A stretch of 64,000 nt of DNA, taken from positions 1,679,148 to 1,743,147 of the forward strand of contig BFEA01000030.1 in the NCBI GenBank assembly GCA_003427395.1, written 5' to 3'. The notes beneath the pieces are model-generated. The model ran no database searches and was not told the origin of the DNA. It saw only the letters and a list, made by a program, of their open reading frames with translations. This document shows, piece by piece, positions 24,466 through 35,444 of the stretch. This stretch comes from Chara braunii (taxonomy: Eukaryota > Plantae > Charophyceae). A program made the translations under genes and the position numbers. How positions within the stretch are numbered: the first letter of the stretch is position 1; each line of letters starts with the position of its first letter.

Positions 24466-26103
24466 TCAACTTCCTTCACTGGAACGATAGTCTTGCAACA
24501 CCTCACGAACAGAAACTCGTTTCAACACTTTGCGACGATACTCCTCGAAAGTTCCGAATCGAGTCTGTCTTTGATGATTGTAATCGAGATGAATTGCAAC
24601 ATCCACACATTTTCGAGTGTTCATACTCGTATTCAATTCCCCTGCTGCTTCCACAATATCTTGCATCCTGTGAGAACTGTCAAGATAAGACAGGTGTGCA
24701 AGTGTCTTTTTCGGACAAATAGATTCAACAGAGTCGTACATGGTAATGTTAAAATTAGAAGAACTTGGTTGTTCCAATGGTCCTGTATGGACATGCAGAT
24801 GAAATCTTGATGGCGTATGAGCGGGCACAACACAACTGACAGGAAACGGGGTAGCCGTAGCGGCCGGCAAAGCAGAAACAACAACAAAAGTAGTGACAAT
24901 CGACGTTGAAATATTGGCGGGTGAAGCATAATTTGCAAGACGTTGAAAATTTGGAGGAGATTCTGCTTGAAGGGGGAGTCTACGAACCGGGGCGGAATGA
25001 GGAGTGGAAGAAGCAACCACGGGAGAAATCATTTTGAGAAGCTGCTGTATTCGTGTATATTTGTGAAAGGCTTGGGGAATGGTCCCTTCTGTCGGACAAT
25101 GCAGCAAATTAAATGTCATCCTAGTAATCTCCTCATTAGACAGAGTGATGAACCCATCGTTCAAAAGTGATTGCCACATGGAAGAAACGTCCAAATCCGA
25201 AACATTCAACGGGTCTGAAGGAAGAGCGAATCGTCGTTTCAACCGCATATTAGTGAGTTTGTTTATTTTCCGCTCCAGGAAGTTTTCTCATATTTGTCCA
25301 TCTTTTACGACTGTGGCACTTTTGACAAACATTTCGGAAAACACCTCAGTCAAGACATTTTGGATGTCAACCTTCTTCGCATCGTCAAACCATCTAGCAA
25401 GGTAAATGCGCGGATTCGGAGTGCGAATTGTGGGTACATCGTTATCATCAGGCACCACAATAACCCCCAAAGCATTTTGTGGTTGCGATGTGGCGCAAAC
25501 ATGTCTTTCTCGTCCACTGCTTTGAGATTGTGAAGACGAATCAAGAACACGTACATGTCCAGCGAGCGGTGCATAAAACGGAAGAGATGAAAGTGCATCA
25601 TCAGGGAGCGCATTCAGCGCTCTTACAATCTAAGTTCCCGTTTCATCAACAACAGATTACCGTCCCACCTAATTATCAGCCAAGGTAGGCTCTGACACTT
25701 TGGGGGAATCCAAAAGATTAGTTTTCGCACAACGACTCTTTTTCCTCTTAAAAGTAAATTCAACATAGTCTTCTTTTGAATCGTCTGTAACGTAATCATC
25801 CTCATCATCGACAAATGTAAGGTTAATAGGCCTACCCGAATGACCTCTACGCGAACCATCCCCATTGGCACGACAATCGTCATTACCCCCCTCCACAACC
25901 ATGTTCTCAACATCATCAAGGGTATTCCCTTGCGAACATCGACGTTCAATCTCACCAAGAACATGATGATCGTCCCGAGGATGTTCACTTCCAAGATTCA
26001 CCGACCTCTCATCATTTACACTTCTCTTCGACCTCTCTGAATGTTCGGTTCCAGCTTTTGAAGTAACATTCGTATCATATTGAGTGATATTGTTGTTTCC
26101 CAT
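24466..26103 (-). pseudogene. Long degenerate ORF (~545 codons) of unknown function, probably TE-borne
   Basis: ORFs 25669-26103, 25288-25470 and 24466-25248 are in the same frame and separated only by isolated stops. The ATG at 26103 is followed by an acidic/basic N-terminus with FKRKKSR. Confidence 0.65.
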
Positions 26104-27270
26104 TACTTTCCTGTTAGCACGAGTGTCGTACTTATGCGGCAGTCGGGAGTCGCCCGCAAAGAAAGAATATGACAGAATTATTCGAAATACTAAGGCTCGA
26201 TGAAAAAAAAAAAAAAAAAGGACTCATCTTAAAAGTTCATGATATACAATATTCTTCGTTTAAAAATTCTTATCAGGCAACACAACACGGATGTTGTTGG
26301 GATGACCACCACGCGACAAAGCAACGTACAGTTGGCCATGCGCAAAAACCGGTTTGCGTAGCCACTATGAAACACCCGCGGCCGCGGGGTCCAGCTCGGA
26401 TGACGGTCGTATATACGGCCTCGTCCGCGGCCGACCTGATCCACGCCTTGGACGCGAATTTACCATATTTTTCCTGAATTAAATAATGGGTAAAAAAAAA
26501 ACAAAAATTGGGTTGTAGGGATTTTTAATCCCTACAACCCCCATTTTTATTTTTATTTTGAAAAAAGATACGTTTTTATAATTATAAAAAATAAAAAACA
26601 GAAAAGGTGGAGAAGAGAAATTAAAAAAATAAAAAATAAAATAAAAAAAAATTGGGGGGAGGGATTTTTGGTTGGCAGTTCTTTGTATTCTTCATTGTTA
26701 CGTTTTTTTTTTTTTTCTTTTTTGTTCTAAAGAAACTATCAAGGAATGGAAAAAAAATATATATACAGGGTTACGTGACCGAACGTTCGGGGGGCCCCGG
26801 GCTGGCCCCCGAACGTTCGGGCGTTCGGGGTCCCGTTCGGGGGCCGAACACCTCCAGGTTCGGCCCCCACCAAAACATTTTTCGGGGCATAAAAATACGT
26901 TTTTCTTTCTAGATGCTTTTTTTTGAGTTCTCTATGATGTAGCCTACATGCCTATAAATTTTGAAGGCATTCTGCTAAGCCAAACAAACATTAAAAATCA
27001 TCAAAGATGGGGGTGTCAAAACGTGCTCGCCCACTCACTATTTTGTTTTTTTTCACTTTTAACTTTTTGTTTTCACTTTATTTCGGGGCCAAAAAACTTT
27101 TATTATTTTTTGAAAAACTTTTAATGAGTTATTGATTATGTAAACTACAAATCTTTAAATTTTCATGGCATTTGTCAATGCCAAAAAATAATTAAAAATC
27201 GGCAAAGATGGTGGTGTCGAAAAGGTGAGTGCACACTCACTCATTTTAATTCTTTTTTTTTTTTTTTTTT

Positions 27271-28135
27271 NNNNNNNNNNNNNNNNNNNNNNNNNNNNNN
27301 NNNNNNNNNNNNNNNNNNNNNNNNNNNNNNNNNNNNNNNNNNNNNNNNNNNNNNNNNNNNNNNNNNNNNNNNNNNNNNNNNNNNNNNNNNNNNNNNNNNN
27401 NNNNNNNNNNNNNNNNNNNNNNNNNNNNNNNNNNNNNNNNNNNNNNNNNNNNNNNNNNNNNNNNNNNNNNNNNNNNNNNNNNNNNNNNNNNNNNNNNNNN
27501 NNNNNNNNNNNNNNNNNNNNNNNNNNNNNNNNNNNNNNNNNNNNNNNNNNNNNNNNNNNNNNNNNNNNNNNNNNNNNNNNNNNNNNNNNNNNNNNNNNNN
27601 NNNNNNNNNNNNNNNNNNNNNNNNNNNNNNNNNNNNNNNNNNNNNNNNNNNNNNNNNNNNNNNNNNNNNNNNNNNNNNNNNNNNNNNNNNNNNNNNNNNN
27701 NNNNNNNNNNNNNNNNNNNNNNNNNNNNNNNNNNNNNNNNNNNNNNNNNNNNNNNNNNNNNNNNNNNNNNNNNNNNNNNNNNNNNNNNNNNNNNNNNNNN
27801 NNNNNNNNNNNNNNNNNNNNNNNNNNNNNNNNNNNNNNNNNNNNNNNNNNNNNNNNNNNNNNNNNNNNNNNNNNNNNNNNNNNNNNNNNNNNNNNNNNNN
27901 NNNNNNNNNNNNNNNNNNNNNNNNNNNNNNNNNNNNNNNNNNNNNNNNNNNNNNNNNNNNNNNNNNNNNNNNNNNNNNNNNNNNNNNNNNNNNNNNNNNN
28001 NNNNNNNNNNNNNNNNNNNNNNNNNNNNNNNNNNNNNNNNNNNNNNNNNNNNNNNNNNNNNNNNNNNNNNNNNNNNNNNNNNNNNNNNNNNNNNNNNNNN
28101 NNNNNNNNNNNNNNNNNNNNNNNNNNNNNNNNNNN
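27271..28135. other. Assembly gap; others at 4577-4836, 8119-8199, 13154-13548, 38450-38561 and 49454-50114
   Basis: Runs of N, mostly flanked by microsatellites or homopolymers. Confidence 1.
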
Positions 28136-28227
28136 CATGGAAATATACACACCTACCTATGTGTGTGTGTGTGTGCGCCTGTAGGGCCAATCAATCAATC
28201 AATCAATGAATCAATCAATCAATCAAT

Positions 28228-28298
<71 letters not shown>

Positions 28299-28574
28299 CG
28301 GAAAAAAAAAAACGCTGTTTTTTTTTCGAAATACCTTCACTCACTCAAACCCCCCCACCCAAAAATTGTTTTATTTTTATTTTATTTTTCTTGAGGGGGT
28401 GGAGTTGGGGTTGCGCCGCCCCATGGCGCTTCCCGAATCCCCAACCCCCCTCCCCACCGACCGCCACATGTCTACGAAGTCGCGTGGCCGCACGGACGCG
28501 TCCGAGGGGTCGCGGACTCGGCCGCGGCCGCAGACTTGGCTGCGCTTGTCCGCCGCCAAGGGGGATTCGTAGCG

Positions 28575-30770
28575 TAGCCAAACCCCGACAGACGATACAG
28601 TTTGTCCTTGCGACTTGTTAATCATTACAGCAAAAGCAAGACGGACTAGAAATTGCCTCCTAAAGCGTTTGAACCCAGTTGTCTCACCATCGCTTGTCAG
28701 ATCAATCTTGGGGATCAGTGTTGTTTTACCCGTGTGCATTATTGTCACTTCAAACAAATCATCATTAACGATCTTCTTCAGAATTAGCCTTGTACCATTG
28801 CAAAGTTCTTGCTTCGGTGACAAATTTCACAAAAGCATCACAGGCGCACCAATTTTTAAGCGCAGCTTGTAAGGTGGAAGGTCAGATTCGTCGAGAAAGT
28901 TTAAGAACTTCCGCTCAATACCAAGTCCGGTATCATCCGAATCGTGACAATCAACGTTGAAAATGTCACGTACCTCCCCAGGGGAGTCGTAAAGAACACG
29001 GTTGTTAACAGAACCGGCAGCGTCATTAGTAGGGCATAAAACTAATCGAGACAAGAAATACTCGGCATCCCCCACATCGTTTGACACATCATTAAACGTT
29101 CATGAAATCAACTCATCAATTGGTTTATCCGTACAACTCTCACGTGGCAATCTGACCACATCAGGTTCATTAGGAACAACACGAGGATGGTCACCATTCC
29201 CAATGCGCATCAAAAAGTGGGCATACATTCGTGTCATTTCATCATTCCCTAAGCTTACGATTCGCACATTTTCGGTTAGTTGATGAACCTAAATTTTTTT
29301 TCACAAAGGAGACATTTTCATGGACGCATCAATTTGTTGTGCCCGCGATCCGTGTTTCATAACGGGCAAAACCTGTTTAAAATCCTCATCTAGAAGTAGA
29401 ACTTTCCCACCAAACGGTTCGTCATTGTTACAGAGGTCTCGAAGCGTGATGTCAAAAACTTCCAAGTGAAACTTGTTACTCATCATAGCCTCGTCCCAAA
29501 CAATCAAGTCGGCACGGCGGATAAGCTCTGAAGATCACTTTGTTTCGCAATCAAGAAGGGACGCGTGTTATCAGGTTTTCAAGGTGCGCGAAATCGTGAG
29601 TGAAACATTCGACCCCCCGTCAAAAGAGTCATCGTTATGCCACTGGACGCGACGGTCTGTGCAATGGCAGAACGGGACCTTATGCCCGCCAAAATCATTT
29701 CAATGCAAAAAGTTTTTCATGTTTCAGTCGGTGCATCGATAAAAGAACGCAACGGTTTTTTCTCTTGCAAAGCCTGAACGACTTTTTCCACCAACACTCG
29801 TTGACGTGGACGAAGACATCGAAAATTTGAGTCATATTTGCGTTGCATTTGAATCGGATCATACGACAACTCGTCGTTTAGAATCGAGGTCACAGTTATG
29901 TTCTCGTAATGTCTGGTTATGTTCTCAGCAATCGTTTCCTCGTCGGGTGTTGGATAATAAAGGCAGAACTGACGGATGTTTTTTCCAGACTCTTGCAAAA
30001 TACAGTAAAGATGAAACAACAGTAAGGATTGCAAAATGTTCGGCTGAACAATTTCATTGCCTGCGGGATGCTAAAAATCGTCACACATCTTATCCCAATG
30101 TCGTTCGAAGAAACGGACCGGATCGTTCACCGGACCAAACGCAAGAACCATAGCAAATATTTTACGAACTTCTTCAGGCATGTAATGCGCAGCAGCTGTG
30201 TCTATGCATCGGCAAAAGAACGCACCCCACGAAAATGTTCATGGTTTAGCGATACACGCAAATAGGATTGTTCCCCTTCCGTGATCCTCACGTGATGCAA
30301 CTGAGATATCTTTCAAAGGGACCACCGTGAAGGTCACGTTTTCTTCAGTTTCACTTCTTATGTTTGTTATCCCACAAATGAGTATTAACGATTTCTGCGT
30401 AAAGAGGAAGTTCCTCTTTAGAAACACGTTCGTTCAAAGAGTTGTGTTCCATCCATGCCATCAATTTCGTTTTCGGGGGCCCATTTGAAACCACGTCATG
30501 CTCAGTCCCAGGTTCGAATTGCATTTTTTGCATATTTTTGAAGTGCACGGACAATCTTTCGACCGCGAACCATTCTTCTGCAATGTGGAACTCAAATAGA
30601 CGCCAGCATGCTTCGCATTTACCTATTTTCCGCGAACCATTCTTCTGCAATGTGGAACTCAAATAGACGCCAGCATGCTTCGCATTTACCTACAACATGC
30701 ATATCTTGATACAATTTGACCTCGTTAATGGGCGCATTATTATCTTGCTCGCAAACCATAGCACGATACT
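28575..30770 (-). pseudogene. Helitron Rep/helicase remnant (Rep C-terminal region plus PIF1-family helicase)
   Basis: Motifs EACWRLFEF..VERLSVH, FIDAPTET (degenerate Walker A region), IVWDEAMMSN, PFGGKVLLLDEDFKQVLPV, LPPYKLRLKIGAPVMLL, LCNGTRL and FAVMINKSQGQT. Many stops and frameshifts; truncated on both sides. Confidence 0.93.
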
Positions 30771-30772
30771 CA

Positions 30773-31236
30773 GGATTAAGACGCGGAGAAATCAAAGCAC
30801 AAATCTTGATACGACATTGCGTGCACAAGCAAAAAACGTTGTGCCGCAGAAATTGAGGCAATTCTAATTCCTAGTTGTAAAAAGAAATTTCGAATCGAGT
30901 CAATTTCCGAGCGCCCACAAGGGCTCGACATCAGATGAAAATTCAAAAAGATTTTCCCGCAACACAATCGCGCCAAAAATAACCTATTCCCGACAACAGA
31001 ACAAGAAAGAAGTTATGACAATATTTATTCGCCACGCTTGCTAAGGCGTGATCAACTACCAACCGTCACGACACCAGACCAACCCACCCCCCTTTTCCCA
31101 AAGGACGTGAAAGCACAAGGACGTGTAAGGCGAGGGCATCCACGCAATTTACCAGGCCATCCCGACTCAACCCGTTTCAACTCCCAATGTAGCCTCGCAC
31201 AGAAGATCGTGCAGTTGCAAAAAGTGGTTCGTCACA
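30773..31236 (-). repeat. Truncated second copy of the Ty3 5'-terminal (LTR) sequence
   Basis: Collinear with 39095-39570, differing mostly by transitions. Ends abruptly against Helitron sequence without a CA terminus. Confidence 0.85.
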
Positions 31237-32279
31237 TATGTGACGCCCTGGGGGTTCCAATCTTGAGCAAGTTCCTGCTTGCTCCTTCAATCATTCATTG
31301 ATCTCCTGCGATCGACGCAGAGTTGACATGTGCCACTTATTGTAAGATGAGAGTGTGGAAGTCATCCAAGTGGCATTCACGACTCCGATGTAAAGGTTGT
31401 CGGGGAAAGATAACCTGATGACGGGAGGAGGCGGAGGGGGGTGAGCTTGCGTGAGGGGTGGAAGAAAGCGATTTCGCTCTCGATCCCCAGTGGGGAGCCG
31501 AGTGTAACGGACGGTGCGATGTATCAAGGGGAAGTGATGATCCTGGTGAGGGAGGGAGGCAAGGTAATCAGGATAAAGGGTGCATAGGGTGTGGGGGATC
31601 ACCGCGGGCAAATCCTCGTAACCTTCACGGGAGGGGATTACGCCTGAGATTATACAATATATTTCTATATTGTTGTAATCTCGCCATGCCACGCTGAAAA
31701 GGACATGGAGGGGGAAAGTGGTTACGATAGAGCGCGTGGAGGCGTGTGGGAAGACGGTGACACCAAGGCGGGTAGAATAGAGCTGGTGGAAGAGGGAAGG
31801 GGGGAAAGGATGCCAGTTGGAGGGAAACGGGGGCCGGCCAGCGATCTAATGGATGACGAGGAAATCAAGGGGACGACGGGATAATGACCGGGGACGAAGC
31901 CCGAGTGCCCGCATCTCCACGTAAGTGAACGGTGGACCTCTGTGGTGGAGGGGATTGACCCGACGTTGGACTTCTTCTGCGGCGTCTGCTTCTAGATCCC
32001 TCCGTGATGGCGACACCATCTCCTCCGGACTCCTCTTGCGGTGACTCCAGGTTGCACGCCAAATCGTCTTGCAACAGTCACGCATCTGGCTCGTCTTAAT
32101 CCTGTACGAGGGAGCGCCACTGGTGCGGATCACTCGTCACAGCGAGAAAGGATCTCCAGAGGCAGATTGTCTAGGAGTTGGGCCAGGAACACCAGAACTT
32201 TGCTCGTAATTGGCTCGAGATGTCCGCCCCACACCTTCCCGAAGAGTATCCCCAGCAGTTCTCCTTTCGTGTCTGTCCT

Positions 32280-32651
32280 CTAGGCTTGGACGATCAGCAG
32301 CTCCACCTCATCATTGGGAACTTCGTCTTCCTCCTCTTTATACGACGGCTCAGCCCAATGAAACACCAGCTCGATAAGGTAAAAACTGAGTGCAACGTCC
32401 ATGCTAACCCATTGGAATGGTCGTTCGACTATAGTGGGCACTATCGACCTAGGCGGTTGAATCGGCGCCTTATCCGCCGTGCAGACTGGACAATTTTTCA
32501 CAATGAATTTAACATCGTCCCGGATATTGGACCAGTACCACTCATTTTTGTCAATCGCGGCCTCCGTGATCCTGACAGCAAAGTGAGCGGCGGTTTCCGT
32601 GTGGGCCGACTTAACCAAGTCGTACCTAATGAACGGATGAGGCACTGACAT
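32280..32651 (-). pseudogene. Integrase N-terminal HHCC zinc-binding domain; catalytic core deleted
   Basis: AHTETAAHF...WYWSNIRDDVKFIVKNCPVC...PFQWVSMD, then an abrupt switch to unrelated sequence just after the first catalytic Asp. Confidence 0.85.
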
Positions 32652-32801
32652 CCAGATCCCACTGCCATCAGTCTTTCGTTTTTCTAACCGTCCGTCGTTT
32701 CATCGGTAATCCCCCGCCCTCTCGTTAACCCGCCTCCGATCTTCCTTGGTGAATTCTCAGAGGGAGTTTTCGACCACAGTAACTATCAAAACGACATTTG
32801 T

Positions 32802-33140
32802 TCATACTTCGGCACGCCAAAATTGACGTGTTTTTTCTAATCCTTTGGACGTGGCTTCGAGGAATCGGGCCTCCGTCGGGATTTTGTCGGTGCGACACAT
32901 GGGACATAACCAGGGTTTATTCGAACTCCTGTATTGGATACAGGAGCCGTGGGCTCGGGAGACACACTGTTGACAATCTATCCATTCCACATACCCTTCC
33001 CCACTAGGATGCATAGGAACCAAATATACACTCGATATTGCTTCGCAAAAGTAACAGAACTTGTCAGACAAGGAGAGAAAGGAAGAGGATGTGAGGGGGG
33101 AAAGGGGGCCCCTGGTATTACCTTCTCCACCCATCGCCAT
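32802..33140 (-). pseudogene. PHD finger (Cys4-His-Cys3) within Ty3 pol
   Basis: CYFC...WIDCQQCVSRAHGSC...WLCPMC, in the same frame as the upstream RNase H end and the downstream integrase HHCC. Confidence 0.85.
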
Positions 33141-33269
33141 TGTATCTACGTGTCACTTCCTGGAAGGTCGGGGGAAAATGACCACTTCTCCGTACAAGGG
33201 TCCCTTCGCTGGCTACAGCTCTTTCCACGGAGTAATCTCTTCACCTTTTGCCACCTTGCTTAGCCGATG

Positions 33270-34700
33270 CAGTCGTGTCAACCCGACCACGCTCCCGTGC
33301 TTTTCCGTCTTTCGATGAATGATGTCGAAGTCGTACTCCTGTAGCTGGACAGCCCATCGTCCAATCATGCCCGTGTAGTTGGTGAGCCTTTTGAGAGCTA
33401 GCAGGGGCTCATGATCTTTGATGAGGAGGAACTTATGTCCATATAGATACGGATGGAAGTACTGAATTCCCCAGACGACTGCATAGCACTCGGCGACTTG
33501 CCTTGTGGGGCCGAATTGCTCCTTCTCTCGTCAGGTACAGTTCGTGAAGCATACTCGATGACGTGTTCGCGGCCGTCCTTCCCCTTCTAGGCCAAAATAG
33601 CGGAGATCGCCTCAGGTTGTCAGTCTGTAATGAGAATGAACTGTTTCCCAGGATCAGGCCGAATCAAAATAGGTGCGGACGTCAGGGCCTCCTTCAAGGT
33701 AACAAAGGCTTGTTCGCAGTCTTTGTCCCACTTCAGTGACTGGTCCTTCCGTAGGAGGTTCGTTAGACGCGGAGCAATTGTCACGAACCCCTTAATAAAC
33801 CTCCGGTAGTACGAGGCCAATCCCTGAAAGGCTCGAGCCTGCGTCAGCGATGTAGGCGTGGGGCGTTCTCAAACTGCTTCGACTTTTCTCGAATCCTCAA
33901 GCCCCCTCGAGTCACCACGTACCCCAGGAACGAGATCTCTGAGATGAACAACTCACTCTTCTCCAGCGCAATGTTGAACCCAACATCTCGCAACGCCCCC
34001 AGTGTCCACTCGATCTGCTGAGCATGTCCGTGGAATGAATCAGAATACACCAAGATATCATTAAATGTACACTATGACGCAAAAATTGATCATGCCCTGG
34101 GTCGGTCGAGTCTTATTGACGAAGTTATGAAAGGTGATGTTCATCGCCCTCTGAAAGATCGCCGGTGCATTCCATATCCCCATAGGGCAACGAACCCACG
34201 GCCACGTGCCTTCGAACAGTACGAACGCCGTTTTTGGTCGATCCTCCTCCTTGACTAGGATATGATGGAACCCATGCCGGATATAAAATTTACTAAAATA
34301 ATTGGCACACCCAATCGCATCCGGTAAGTCATCAATCCGGGGGAGGGGGTACACATCCTTGATCGTGATATCATTCAACTTCCTATAATCGATGCATATG
34401 CGAATCGACCCATTTTTCTTCGGAACTAGGACTACGGGGAATGACCATCGCCCGGTAACTGGTTCAATCCAACCATTAGCTTCGAACTCCATAATTCGTT
34501 CCAATGCTATTCTTCATTCGGCAAGGGAATATCGGTATGGCTTGCAATGGATTTGTAGGTGCGTCCCGGTCTGGATTTTGTGCTGAATCACTAGTGACAA
34601 CCCGATATCTGTATCCTCGACACTAATCGCCTCTTGATATTCGATTAGGATATCAGCGATTAGTCGATGAGTCTCGCCAGGCACGTACTGGGGCACATGT
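33270..34700 (-). pseudogene. Ty3 reverse transcriptase and RNase H, degenerate
   Basis: WSFPVVLVPKKNGSIRICIDYRKLN, YPLPRIDD, KTAF, PMG, ISFLGYVV, YYRRFIKGF, FILITD and RWAVQLQEYDF. Confidence 0.95.
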
Positions 34701-35444
34701 AACTCATAAAGTTATCCGCATATGCTAACCGTCATTTGTTTCGTGCCCACTTTCCTACTGTTCCCTGGTGGAGGAGCCGAAATGGATGAGTTGCTCGATC
34801 GCCAGAAGAACACCGTGGCGACCATCTGGGCGTCTGCTTCCCGGATTGCCACGTGCTCTTCTGGTGTTACCCCATCGTTGATGTCCTGCAAACTTACTGT
34901 TTTTTCCGCAATCCCGATTCCGAGTTCGTATGGGTTGCCATGCCCGGGGGGTTCCAAAGCTTTGTCCTCGGCACCCTGTAGAGAGCAGAGAACAAGGTAG
35001 TCCTGAAATGTCACAGAAAGCTTTCTTGTCACTGTATCTCGAGAGAAGTGGGGTGGTGGCTTCGTATAGGGTCCGAGGGGGTTCCAAAGAATCAGCCATT
35101 TTGGACACTTGGACGAGCGGCTCCCTTAGGACTAAGGCTCGCATCCGTTGTAGGTTTCGTTCCGTAAGGACAAATGTTTTCGAAGTTTTCTGCCGCACGG
35201 GGTAATGAATCAGTTGGTATACCATATCCCAAATCTCGGGGTTGGTTTCATTTTCGCCTTCAGAGGAGCTACTGGGCATGTCCGTTTCCTCGAGGGGTTC
35301 CCTCCAAGTGATTACGTGGAGTGGTTCTCCATTTCCGGGGGAGTCTTCCGGGTCGTAGGGAGTGCAGTCCGGAGAGTTAGACACATTGGGACGACGTATG
35401 GCTTCTCGCCCGTATTCCTAAGAATAATCGATCGTCTCTTGAAG

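Noticed and set aside
26766-27270. hAT-like MITE starting CAGGGTTACG
   Set aside because: Runs into an N-gap; no second TIR or TSD can be shown.
12961-28190. Long ORFs containing X, ER/SL, CV/TH, YI, poly-F or poly-S/H runs
   Set aside because: They arise from N-gaps, microsatellites and homopolymers.
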